From Candidatus Poribacteria bacterium (GTDB taxonomy: Bacteria > Poribacteria > WGA-4E > WGA-3G): a stretch of 64,000 nucleotides of DNA. The translations under genes and the position numbers were made by a program. This document shows positions 50,885 to 60,519 of the stretch, piece after piece. Every line of letters starts with the position of its first letter. The first letter of the stretch is position 1. The stretch covers positions 3,904,001-3,968,000 of the forward strand of contig CAXXLX010000001.1 in the NCBI GenBank assembly GCA_963665235.2, given 5' to 3'. Under the pieces are notes generated by a model. The model saw nothing but the letters and a program-made list of their open reading frames with translations, had not been told where the DNA came from and did not search any database.

Positions 50885-52428
50885 GACTGCCGACGCAGCA
50901 CCCTTCCCGGCAAATGTCCTGTTACATTTCCATCCTCAACTACCGACACACCGTTTACTAACACCCAATCCACACCGATAGGCGGTTGCACCGGATCAAA
51001 CCATGTGGAACGGTCAGCGACAGTGTCCGGGTTGAAAACGACGATATCCGCAGCAAGTCCACGCGCAATTCTGCCCCGGTCCGATAGTCTAAACCGTTCT
51101 GCTGGAAAACCGCTCATCTTATAGATGGCCTCTTTCAACGAAATCAGTTGACGTTCCCGCACGAACTTGCCGAGATATTGCACAAAACACCCGTAGCTCC
51201 GGGGATGTGGATGCGGAATGTTGTAAACGCCATCACTTGCAATCATCATGCGGGGATGGTTCGCAGTGCGGTTCAAAATACGTTCGTTCTCTTCGGGGGG
51301 TGTGCCCCACGGCATCACAAACGTCTCAATCGCGGCTTCTTCACAAATGAGATCAAAGGCGAATTCTTCATGAGATTTCCCTTCACTTTGTGCTGCTTCA
51401 GCGAGCGTCATCCCGATAAATCTGCCGGAGCGGTTGTAACCCACAATCTGATTACCCTCACTTAATTTTCCTTGCAGGTGTGCAAGCGATTTTTCACGGA
51501 CATCCGGATTTTCTAAGTTTTCTAACATGTCATCGGGTGCGCCGGTCTGAAATTCCATCGGAAGCATCATCGCAAGGTGCGTCATACCTGCTGGATAAAG
51601 GTAGGATTCAAACGTCAGGTCTATCTGTTCTCTCTCCACGCGTTCAAGCAGGTCTAATGCTTCATCGTCAACGCGTTCATGTGAAATATGCACCGGAATT
51701 TCGGCACGTTGGGCAATTTCAATTGTCTCCTCCCACGCCCGCTTTCTACCGATGAGCTGGTAGCGAACATGTGCTGCGTAGATGGCATCGTAAGCCGCCG
51801 CAATTTTTGAAAGAGCGACCAACTCGCGCAAATTGGCATTGGCTGAGGGTTGATAGTCAAGCCCTAAGCATAAACAGCACGCGCCTGCTTCCAACCATTC
51901 GCGTGTCGTGCGTTCCATCGCTCTCAGTTCATCGTTAGTGGCGGGACGTGCAGCCCATCCCATCGCCCCGAGGCGGACAGCGCAATGTGGCACTTGCGGA
52001 TAGAGATTGGCAGGAATTTGCCCATGAAAAATATCGAGATATGCGTCCGGTGTTTCCCAATTCAGTGAGAGTTCGGCATCGCCATAAGCAAATTGTGTGT
52101 AGTGCCACAACTCCCGCGCCAATTTTGGGGATAACGGTGCCCAGCCAAATCCATCAGGCGCAGCGAGATGTGTTGTTACCCCTTGGCTAACAGCCGCAAA
52201 TTGGTCTCTACCGCCGAGCAGGGCAATTTCGGAATGGACGTGAACGTCAATGAAGCCGGGGCAAACGATTTTGTCTTTTGCAGAAATCCGATGCGGTGTT
52301 TCCGCCTTTGCAAGGTCACCGATAGCGGTGATGCTATCGTCCTGAATGCCGATATCCGCTACGAACGGTTCTCGTTTCCCGGTACCATCAATGACGTTTC
52401 CGCCGGCAATAATAACATCAAATATCAC
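50881..52428 (-). CDS. N-acyl-D-amino-acid deacylase family amidohydrolase
   Basis: PGFIDVHVHS, AHVR, HISH, ASDG, PHPRSYG, ADIVVF. Confidence 0.92.
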   Translation of the reverse strand: MIFDVIIAGGNVIDGTGKREPFVADIGIQDDSITAIGDLAKAETPHRISAKDKIVCPGFIDVHVHSEIALLGGRDQFAAVSQGVTTHLAAPDGFGWAPLSPKLARELWHYTQFAYGDAELSLNWETPDAYLDIFHGQIPANLYPQVPHCAVRLGAMGWAARPATNDELRAMERTTREWLEAGACCLCLGLDYQPSANANLRELVALSKIAAAYDAIYAAHVRYQLIGRKRAWEETIEIAQRAEIPVHISHERVDDEALDLLERVEREQIDLTFESYLYPAGMTHLAMMLPMEFQTGAPDDMLENLENPDVREKSLAHLQGKLSEGNQIVGYNRSGRFIGMTLAEAAQSEGKSHEEFAFDLICEEAAIETFVMPWGTPPEENERILNRTANHPRMMIASDGVYNIPHPHPRSYGCFVQYLGKFVRERQLISLKEAIYKMSGFPAERFRLSDRGRIARGLAADIVVFNPDTVADRSTWFDPVQPPIGVDWVLVNGVSVVEDGNVTGHLPGRVLRRQS

Positions 52429-52468
52429 AAATTTCTCCTTTGATTTTCCACCTGCTGATAGTCGTTTG

Positions 52469-52861
52469 TTACAAAACCCATGATTCTATGGTGTCAGCAA
52501 TTGCTTCGATATCGCTCATGGAGCCATCGGCAATCTTAAAACCGAGTTCAATGATTGAATCGTCAATGTCAAGCCGCAGAGTGCAACCGTTAAATTCTAA
52601 AAACAGGAGCGCACAGTTCATGCCGATACGTTTATTTCCATCCAAAAATATGTGACCAGCAATAATCTGATGGGCATACACAGCAGCTTTTTGGGGCAAA
52701 GTCGGATACAGTTCCCCGTCACCAAATTTTGCACACACAACTTCGACTAAATAGTCCAACTGGTCTTTGTGCAAAAACTGATAATTACCGACATGTTTCT
52801 CGGCAGCCTCCAGAATTTCCGCGATTGTCAAATATCTGATATGTTGCCTAAGGTTGTCCAT
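52469..52861 (-). CDS. doc: Doc/Fic family toxin
   Basis: HIFLDGNKRIG matches Doc HxFx(D/N)(G/A)NKR; LYPTLPQKAA. Confidence 0.9.
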   Translation of the reverse strand: MDNLRQHIRYLTIAEILEAAEKHVGNYQFLHKDQLDYLVEVVCAKFGDGELYPTLPQKAAVYAHQIIAGHIFLDGNKRIGMNCALLFLEFNGCTLRLDIDDSIIELGFKIADGSMSDIEAIADTIESWVL

Positions 52862-53235
52862 GCGCGCTCGTAGTCTCGCAGCATTTCGTCTAAAGCGGTG
52901 CTGCTGTTTATCCCGATGTTGCTAGCGGTTTGCATGTCTGCTTTCGCTTTGTCTATCTTTCCAAGGCGTAACCAAGCCTTGCTGCGACAGTAATAAGCAT
53001 CAGCATAATCGGGTTTGATTTCTATCGCCGCGGTATAGTCCGCAACGGCTTTGTCAAGTTCGCCATTTTTAGCGTAAGCACGCCCGCGCTGATAGGATGC
53101 CTCGGCAAACTCCGGATTCAGTTCTATCGCCCTGGTGTAGTCTTTAATAGCAAGTTCAACCTCGCCTTTTTCGCTAGACGCTACACCGCACGTGTAATAT
53201 TTATTGGCAAGTTCTTGATTTCGTTTTTGCATCAT
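52828..53235 (-). CDS. Short TPR protein with antitoxin-like C-terminal peptide
   Basis: Three TPRs; tail LDEMLRDYERAWTTLG overlaps doc start. Confidence 0.8.
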   Translation of the reverse strand: MMQKRNQELANKYYTCGVASSEKGEVELAIKDYTRAIELNPEFAEASYQRGRAYAKNGELDKAVADYTAAIEIKPDYADAYYCRSKAWLRLGKIDKAKADMQTASNIGINSSTALDEMLRDYERAWTTLGNISDI

Positions 53236-53729
53236 TTATTCTCTGCTTCACCTGCGTCTTGCAGGGCATTGTTGATGACCGATTCGCTCAGGTGCATTCC
53301 GTTTTTCTTCAACTGAATTAGAAGTGGCTTGATGACATCAATCAAACCTTCTTGCTTTGCCTCAAGCAGGATGCCTACTGTGCCTTTAACCGTTAATCCG
53401 ATTTCCTCTGCTCGCCGCCTTCCCCTCTTTTCATCAAGAAGAATAAGGCTGGCCTCATGTTCAACTGCAAGAGCCAGAGCTTCTGCTTCTCCAGGATCGA
53501 CACCTCGATAATCTGTAGCACCTTGCGGATTCGTCAGATCGACAACTTTAATCCACGGGGCACTGTTGAGGGCTTCCCGACGGACTCTCGGATCCTTTTT
53601 GAGAAACTCTTTTTCAACTTCTCTTGGAATCCACACCTCTGTATAAAGATCACGCAACAGAGAAAGAAGGTTGAGCATGAAGAGTCCAACAAGCGGACTG
53701 TTATTGCTAATAACTATCTGTATTGGCAT
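53232..53729 (-). CDS. DUF3368 PIN-domain protein, copy A
   Basis: IVISNNSPL, PREVEKE, DPGEAEAL, LLDEKRGR, GTVGILLEAK. Confidence 0.9.
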   Translation of the reverse strand: MPIQIVISNNSPLVGLFMLNLLSLLRDLYTEVWIPREVEKEFLKKDPRVRREALNSAPWIKVVDLTNPQGATDYRGVDPGEAEALALAVEHEASLILLDEKRGRRRAEEIGLTVKGTVGILLEAKQEGLIDVIKPLLIQLKKNGMHLSESVINNALQDAGEAENK

Positions 53730-53731
53730 TC

Positions 53732-55192
53732 TTAAAATCCGCTATTGATAAGCTCCTCCTCATCAACATAAAAAGGAGAGAGCCCATAATCTGCCATCAG
53801 GTACCAGAATTCTTCGCGCGAGACACCTGCAAGCTTCGAGGCAAGCCCGCTGCTGAGTTCACCGCTCCCGTAATACTTCATGCCCAACGCAATCCGCGCG
53901 TCCTGCTCCATCTCAAACGGTCCTGTTAGCGGTGTTAGCAGTGCCACAATTTCTTTCGGTAACTGAACCTTCATTTTCTGTTCAAAAGCAGTAATGCTCT
54001 GATGTGTGTCCTGAAACGCTGCGGCGACATCTACGTCTTGTAGGAGTGCGGCTGTCAGGTCGGTCTCCGCTTCTTCCCAACCTTTGGCAAGCAACCACGC
54101 CTCACCGCGTCTGTAATAGAATTCGGGAAGCTTCGGTCTGCGCGTTAAAGCCTCAGTATAATCCGCAATTGCGCTATCTAACTCGGCGTTGTCACGATGG
54201 GCGTTGCCACGATGTGTGTATGCCGCCACAAGTTCCGGATTGAGTTGTATCGCTTCATCGTAATCCGCAATTGCCTTGTCCAATTCGTTTTTGGCATAGT
54301 AAGCCTGACCCCGATTGAGGTATGCTTCGGCTAACGCCGGGTTGCAAGCGATGGCTTTGTTGTGTTCTTCAATTGCCTTGTCTACCTCACCCTGTTCGTT
54401 GTAGATGAGACCGCGGCAGGTATAGGGCTCAGCAAATTCCGGGTTGACTTCTATTGCTTTGTTGTAATCCGCAATAGCTGTGTCTATCTCGCCTTTATCA
54501 CGATAAGCTTGACCGCGCGCTGTCCAAGCCTCCGCAAATTCTGCATCCAGTGCTATCGCAGCGTTATAGTTCTCAATAGCAAGGTCTATATCCCCTTTGC
54601 AATGGTAAGTAAAACCGCGCTGGGTGTATGCAGCAGCAGCCGTATCGGGTTCGAGACGTATCGCGGTGCTGAAGTCCTGGATGGCCTTCTCAAAAGCAAA
54701 GAGGTTCCGGTAAGCCACGCCACGTGCCAAATAGGCAAAAGAATCGTCAGGTGTGAAGCTTAGGACTTTGCTAAGGTCACGAACGACGAGGAAAAACTTG
54801 CCCTCTGCATAGTAAGCCGAACTACGCCCCTTATAGGCAAGGACAATAGGCTCAAAATTCAGCTCTATGGCTTTGCTGAAGTCTTCAATAGCTTGATTGT
54901 GCTCACCTTTTTTGTAGTAAGCAGTGGCACGATTGTAATACGCCTCGGCAAAATGCGGCTCCAGTTTTATCGCCTTGCTGAAGGCTGCGATTGCGCGTGT
55001 GTGCTCACCCTTTTTACTGTAAGCGATGCCTTGGGTGTTATGTCGTGTTGCAGCGTCTTCTCTTTTTCTGTCGACACAATCGCTGTTGTAATAGGTATCC
55101 ATAGCACCTTGGATCCGTTCCTGTATGATTGACGTTCCCCATGTAGAACGCGCTATCACCGTATCTAGAGCACTTTGGAACAGTTCTTGCAT
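53732..55192 (-). CDS. TPR-repeat protein fused to C-terminal UPF0175 antitoxin-like domain, copy A
   Basis: About 10 TPRs; ARIALGMKYYGSGELSSGLASKLAGVSREEFWYLMADYG (UPF0175-type HTH). Confidence 0.88.
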   Translation of the reverse strand: MQELFQSALDTVIARSTWGTSIIQERIQGAMDTYYNSDCVDRKREDAATRHNTQGIAYSKKGEHTRAIAAFSKAIKLEPHFAEAYYNRATAYYKKGEHNQAIEDFSKAIELNFEPIVLAYKGRSSAYYAEGKFFLVVRDLSKVLSFTPDDSFAYLARGVAYRNLFAFEKAIQDFSTAIRLEPDTAAAAYTQRGFTYHCKGDIDLAIENYNAAIALDAEFAEAWTARGQAYRDKGEIDTAIADYNKAIEVNPEFAEPYTCRGLIYNEQGEVDKAIEEHNKAIACNPALAEAYLNRGQAYYAKNELDKAIADYDEAIQLNPELVAAYTHRGNAHRDNAELDSAIADYTEALTRRPKLPEFYYRRGEAWLLAKGWEEAETDLTAALLQDVDVAAAFQDTHQSITAFEQKMKVQLPKEIVALLTPLTGPFEMEQDARIALGMKYYGSGELSSGLASKLAGVSREEFWYLMADYGLSPFYVDEEELINSGF

Positions 55193-55312
55193 AACTTTTC
55201 TCCTTTACAAGATAGGTTTTTCTTGAGGATAATTATAACGGACAATACCCCCCGATTTCAACGGAATGTAGGAGCTGACCGCCCTACTTAAAAAAGCGAA
55301 CACTGTCTGTTT

Positions 55313-55430
55313 TCATGTCCCTATTTCAGCACCTTGTTCTATCAATTCGCTCGGATGAATGGATAGATACGCTCTCACTTCCAGATTCATCCGCTCGATT
55401 TCGGCAAGAAACCTCCTGCCGATTTCCCTC
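55313..55430 (-). pseudogene. C-terminal remnant of a small hypothetical gene
   Basis: RFLAEIERMNLEVRAYLSIHPSEL...stop, with no start, between the duplicated units. Confidence 0.45.
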
Positions 55431-55926
55431 AGATATTCTCTGCCTCACCTGCGTCTCGCAAGGCGTTATTGATGAGCGATTCGCTTAGGTGTATTCCGTT
55501 TTTCTGCAACTGAATTAGAAGTGGCTTGATGACATCAATCAAGCCTTCTTGCTTTGCCTCAAGCAGAATGCCAACTATCCCCTTAACCGTTAATCTGCTT
55601 TCCTCTGCTCGCCGCCTTCCCCTCTTTTCATCAAGAAGAATAAGGCTGGCCTCATGTTCAACTGCAAGAGCCAGAGCTTCTGCTTCTCCAGGATCGACAC
55701 CTTGATAATTTGCGGCACTTTGCGGATCTGTCAGATCGACAACTTTAATCCACGGGGCACTGTTGAGGGCTTCCCGACGGACTCTCGGATTCTTTTTGAG
55801 AAACTCTTTTTCAACTTCTCTTGGAATCCACACCTCTATATAAAGATCACGCAACAGAGAAAGAAGGTTGAGCCCAAAGAGGCCAACAAGCGGACTGTTA
55901 TTGCTGATAACTATCTGTACTGCCAT
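55429..55926 (-). CDS. DUF3368 PIN-domain protein, copy B
   Basis: Near-identical paralog of 53232..53729. Confidence 0.9.
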   Translation of the reverse strand: MAVQIVISNNSPLVGLFGLNLLSLLRDLYIEVWIPREVEKEFLKKNPRVRREALNSAPWIKVVDLTDPQSAANYQGVDPGEAEALALAVEHEASLILLDEKRGRRRAEESRLTVKGIVGILLEAKQEGLIDVIKPLLIQLQKNGIHLSESLINNALRDAGEAENI

Positions 55927-55928
55927 TC

Positions 55929-57389
55929 TTAATATCCGCTATTGATAAGCTCTTCTTCATCAACGTATAACGGAGAGAGCCCATAATCCGCCATCAGGTA
56001 CCAGAATTCTTCGCGCGAGACACCTGCAAGCTTCGAGGCAAGCCCGCTGCTGAGTTCACCGCTCCCGTAATACTTCATGCCCAACGCAATCCGCGCGTCT
56101 TGGTCAATCTCAAAGGGGCCTGTTAGCGGTGTTAGCAGTGCCACAATCTCTTTCGGTAGCTGAACCCCTATTTTCTGTTCAAAAGCAGTAATGCTCTGAT
56201 GTGTGTTCTGAAACGCTGCGGCGACATCTACGCCTTGTAGGAGTGCGGCTGTCAGGTCGGTCTCCGCTTCTTCCCAACCTTTGGCAAGCAACCACGCCTC
56301 ACCGCGTCTGTAATAGAATTCGGGAAGCTTCGGTCTGCGTGTTAAAGCCTCAGTATAATCCGCAATTGCGTTATCTAACTCAGGTTTGTCGCGATGGGCG
56401 TTGCCCCGATGTGTGTATGCCGCCACAAGTTCCGGATTGAGTTGTATGGCTTCGTCGTAATCCGCAATTGCTTTGTCCAATTCGCTTTTGGCATAGTAAG
56501 CCTGACCCCGATTGAGGTATGCTTCGGCTAACGCCGGGTTGTGAGCGATAGCTTTGTTGTGCTCTTCAATTGCTTTGTCAACCTCACCCTGTTCGTTGTA
56601 GATGAGACCGCGGCAGGTATAGGGCTCAGCAAGTTCTGGGTTGACTTCACTTGCCTTGTTGTAATCCGCAATTGCTGTGTTTATCTCACCTTTATCACGA
56701 TAAGCTTGACCGCGCGCTGTCCAAGCCCCCGCAAACTTCGGCTTCAGTGCTATCGCAGCGTTATAGTCCGCAATAGCAAGGTCTATATCCTCTTTGCAAT
56801 GGTAGGTTATACCGCGCTGGACGTATATATCAGCAACCGCATCGGGTTTGAGACGTATTGCCGCGCTGAAGTCCTGGATGGCTTTCTCAAAAACAAGGAG
56901 GTTACGGTAAGCCACGCCACGGGCCAAATAGGCAAAAGAATCTTCAGGTGTGAGGCTTAGGACTTTGCTAAAGTTATCAACGACGCGGTAAAACTTGTCT
57001 ACTGCATAGTAAGCCAAGCCGCGCCCTCTATAGGCAAGGACAACAGGCTCAAAATTCAGCTCTATGGCTTTGCTGAAGTCTTCAATAGCTTGATTGTGCT
57101 CACCTTTTTTGTAGTAAGCAGTGGCACGATTGTAATACGCCTCGGCAAAATGCGGCTCCAGTTTTACCGCCTTGCTGAAGGCTGCGATTGCATGTGCATG
57201 CTCACCCTTTTTACTGTAAGCGATGCCTTGGGTGTTATGTCGTGTTGCAGCGTCTTCTCTTTTTCCGTCGATACAATCGCTGTTGTAGTAGGTATCCATA
57301 GCCTCTTGGATCCGTTCTTGTATGATTGACGTTCCCCATGTAGAACGCGCTATTACCGTATCCAGAGCACTTTGGAACAGTTCTTGCAT
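55929..57389 (-). CDS. TPR-UPF0175 fusion protein, copy B
   Basis: Same length (486 aa) and architecture as copy A. Confidence 0.88.
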   Translation of the reverse strand: MQELFQSALDTVIARSTWGTSIIQERIQEAMDTYYNSDCIDGKREDAATRHNTQGIAYSKKGEHAHAIAAFSKAVKLEPHFAEAYYNRATAYYKKGEHNQAIEDFSKAIELNFEPVVLAYRGRGLAYYAVDKFYRVVDNFSKVLSLTPEDSFAYLARGVAYRNLLVFEKAIQDFSAAIRLKPDAVADIYVQRGITYHCKEDIDLAIADYNAAIALKPKFAGAWTARGQAYRDKGEINTAIADYNKASEVNPELAEPYTCRGLIYNEQGEVDKAIEEHNKAIAHNPALAEAYLNRGQAYYAKSELDKAIADYDEAIQLNPELVAAYTHRGNAHRDKPELDNAIADYTEALTRRPKLPEFYYRRGEAWLLAKGWEEAETDLTAALLQGVDVAAAFQNTHQSITAFEQKIGVQLPKEIVALLTPLTGPFEIDQDARIALGMKYYGSGELSSGLASKLAGVSREEFWYLMADYGLSPLYVDEEELINSGY

Positions 57390-57479
57390 AACTACTTTTC
57401 TCCTTTACAAGATGGGTTTTTCTTAAGGATAATGATAACGTACAATACCCCCCGATTTCAACAGAATGTAGGAGCGATA

Positions 57480-58880
57480 GGTGTGTGAAGTTTTTGTACA
57501 AAACCGGTGTAAATGTTACACTTTTGACACAAAGTGTAACATTCAGGTCTCGGTGCTGCATTGGCACAAACCCACGCCACGTCTATGTTTGTAAGCGGTT
57601 TGCACCTGCCTTGGACGATTTCGAAAAAAGTGAAATGTCACACTTTCGCTATCGGAGGATAAGCAGGTGAGTTGCAAAACGCACCGCTTTCCTCCGAAAA
57701 ATGGTTCGGTTTTCTGTTATGTTAGTTGCTAACATGTTTGCATTTTTCTTCACAAAAAATATTGTGTTGTTTTGGGTGAAGTATTACCCCTCTTAAGAAA
57801 CGCACCCGTTTTTTCTCTAGCTTCTATAAATATATCGTCCCGATGGGACTAAGAAGGGTGGTAGAAACCGCTGCTTTCCTCCGAAAAAAGTTTTGGTTTT
57901 CTGTTATGTTAGTTGCGAACTGTTTGATTTTTCTTCATAAAAAATATTATTGGCTCATTGGCAATTGGTGAAGGTTTACTAAAGTTTGGACAATTTTATG
58001 AGTTTGCATTGATTTCCGTGTCGTCTGAATGCACGTCGCATTTGGGCGAGTACGCCGCAAATCGCGGATTACACGGAGAACACGGAGAACGCGGAAAGGA
58101 GGTGCGTAACACTCCAAGTTTTGGGATTATAGGTTAGGGTATTGTGTATTCTATAAACATTCCGCCCCTCTGGGGCTAGGTTGTGGAGGCGTTGCGTATT
58201 CTATAAATATACCGCCCCTACGGGGCTGCGTTTTCACAGGAGAAGCGGGGAACCGTTTGCCCGAATACTGGGACTAAGAATCGGGGCGGAAACGACTTTC
58301 TATAAATATATCGTCCCTACAGGACTAATACCAAATTAACAGGATTCATATTGTTTTTCCATTTTGCAAATCCACTAAATTCGCGATAGTTTCCAAAAAT
58401 GATAATATAGAATTCCTTATTGTCAAAAATAGGCAAAAATGATAATATAGTCCTGAAGATTATTTTTTTAAATTCGGTATAAGCGGGCAGAAACGGCTGC
58501 TTCTATAAATATATCGTCCCTACGGGACTAAGAATCGGGGCGGAAATGGTTTTCTATAAATATATCGTCCCTACGGGACTAAGAGGCGGGCAGAAACCCA
58601 GATGCCTATAAACATATCGTCCCTAAGAAGCCGACTTATCGCCCAGTATTCGGGCAACCAGCCCGCTCCTCATACTAGGGGAAAACTTTTCAAACTCACG
58701 TTATACGACACGACGGGCGATGAATCGCCCTACTACGAACGGGGGTCCAAAAACTTTACACACCCAGGTGTGAGCCCCCATTCAGGTGTGAACCCCCATT
58801 AATTTCAGCATCACATACCGCTCCGCTGGAGCATAATCCGCGAAATCCGTGTAATCCGCGTCAATCCGCGATTCAGACAA
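57480..58880. repeat. Second large non-coding MITE/REP mosaic
   Basis: Inverted copy of the 28749-28960 unit, repeated CTATAAATATATCGTCCCTACGGGACT hairpins, GTAG REP at 58713, CGCGGATT nonamers. Confidence 0.8.
58329..58479. mobile_element. MITE with TACC...GGTA ends and TAA duplication
   Basis: GAC-TAA|TACCAAATT...AATTCGGTA|TAA-GCGGG; sister repeat units show a single TAA (empty site). Confidence 0.65.
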
Positions 58881-58943
58881 TTTGTCACGTTGCTTAAAAT
58901 TAATGATACCACATCCCTCACCCAGATGTCAACCAAAAATTTC

Positions 58944-59888
58944 CTATTTCCCCTTCAAACTTTTCGCCTTCCGCAGCCGTGCCTCCACAAGATTAACAAC
59001 CGCTTCATACACCGCATCCCGTTCGCCTTGTGTGAGACCGAGAGCATCAAAGATAATCGCGTCAAGTGCGCGGCGGTCAGGTTGATTAATCTCATCAAAG
59101 ATTGACAAAACGGGTCGCTGTTTCATTGAGGCAAAGGCGCGTTGCAAACTCTCACCGCTTTGAGCATGAATCCAATCTGGGGAGATGAAATCAAAACTCA
59201 AAATGTCAGGGCCATAAGTTGTTAGCAACCCGTCTCCCAAATTGACTCTACCGTATATTTCAGAAACAAACACCGCTAAAGTAGAATTGGCAACTGCGTT
59301 TGCAGATTGAAGTGTCTCCCGATTATGAAGCGTTGCAGTGAACACAACATCACCAGCTAATAAAGAAGATATTTCGTTAATCGGAGTCCAATTTCTCTTA
59401 TCACGGAATCTCAAAATAAACCAATCAAAAGGTGGTTGTTCACCTAAATCCCACCAGCGTGGCCTGCCTCTGCAGCTCGGCCGCTGATGATACCCCTGTT
59501 TCTCACCCCACTCGATATACTCCAACGCAGCAGTTCCCGCCAACGCTGCCTTGTCCGCATGACACATAAACAGCTTGAACTTCAACTGACTCGGGTCTAC
59601 ACGGATACTCTTACACTCACGTGGGCTCTTAATGACAGGTTTCAAATATTCAGCCTCAATGCCCCATTCCTGAATTCGCTCGGTGTCAAGATAGAAGAAC
59701 TTGTTTGCACCCGTTTTGATGCCAAACCGCACCTCCGCAATGTTTCCGAGGCGCACCAGTTTATCTTTCCCCTTCTCTAAGAGCGTCCAATAGATATCCG
59801 GGGCGCGGAGATATTTCCCACCCCACTTGTCCCCAGCATACCTGTTTTCACGCGTGCCTGCTTGTGCCAGCTCGGTATTTGAAAACAT
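58944..59888 (-). pseudogene. C-terminal (specificity) fragment of a type IIG/Eco57I-like restriction-modification enzyme
   Basis: KWGGKYLRAP, LGNIAEVRFGIKTGANKFFYL, helical tail RRALDAIIFDALGL; no methyltransferase or nuclease motifs. Confidence 0.7.
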
Positions 59889-59966
59889 CGTAAACTTTTA
59901 ATATACTGTTTACGTTAAAGACAGAAAAAAAGACAGCAAATTTAAAAAGATAGAAGGAGCACTTTC

Positions 59967-60443
59967 ATGCGTCGAACGTCCATCTCAATTTTAAGCATAA
60001 TTCTACTTGTCCTATCCATCGGTTTGAGCGGTTGTGAGGAAACCCGTTCTGGCGGCCACGGTGCAACCGACCTCAGCCGGGGTGAGCCGAGTATTGTTGA
60101 CTCTGTCCTAGCAATTGCAGTCCATGAAGACCGTCCAGATGGTATCACTGACGTTTTTAGTTCAGGGGTAAATGACCAGGTGTTTTTATGGATTCTATGG
60201 AAAAACATTGAGGAAACGCACACGGTGGAGGTTTCCTGGTATGCTCCCGGGGATGATCTGGACAATCCGTATCGGTCAGATAAGCGCACTATCTCTTCAA
60301 CGACAGGCGAGAAGATCACGTGGTTTTACATTGATGCCCCTAAGGTTCAATCGCTCAATGTCGATTTTGAACAAGGCGAGTGGCTTGTAGAGATCTACTT
60401 GGATGGCCTCTTTGAACGGAGTCATCTATTCTTTATGGAATAG
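59967..60443 (+). CDS. Hypothetical lipoprotein
   Basis: AAGGAG RBS, lipobox LSGC, beta-rich body. Confidence 0.75.
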   Translation: MRRTSISILSIILLVLSIGLSGCEETRSGGHGATDLSRGEPSIVDSVLAIAVHEDRPDGITDVFSSGVNDQVFLWILWKNIEETHTVEVSWYAPGDDLDNPYRSDKRTISSTTGEKITWFYIDAPKVQSLNVDFEQGEWLVEIYLDGLFERSHLFFME

Positions 60444-60519
60444 TGCCACGGTTTCCGCCCCCCTAACCCCTACAGTATGAGGAGCGGGGGGGAGGGCACC
60501 AAAAGCCAAGAACCAAGAA

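Noticed and set aside
53732-57389. Diversity-generating retroelement behind TPR or ATPase paralog variation
   Set aside because: No reverse transcriptase is in the window and the differences are not restricted to adenines.
57700-57730. dif/XerCD site (TTATGTTAGTT)
   Set aside because: Only the XerD-like half resembles dif, and it is part of a multicopy repeat.
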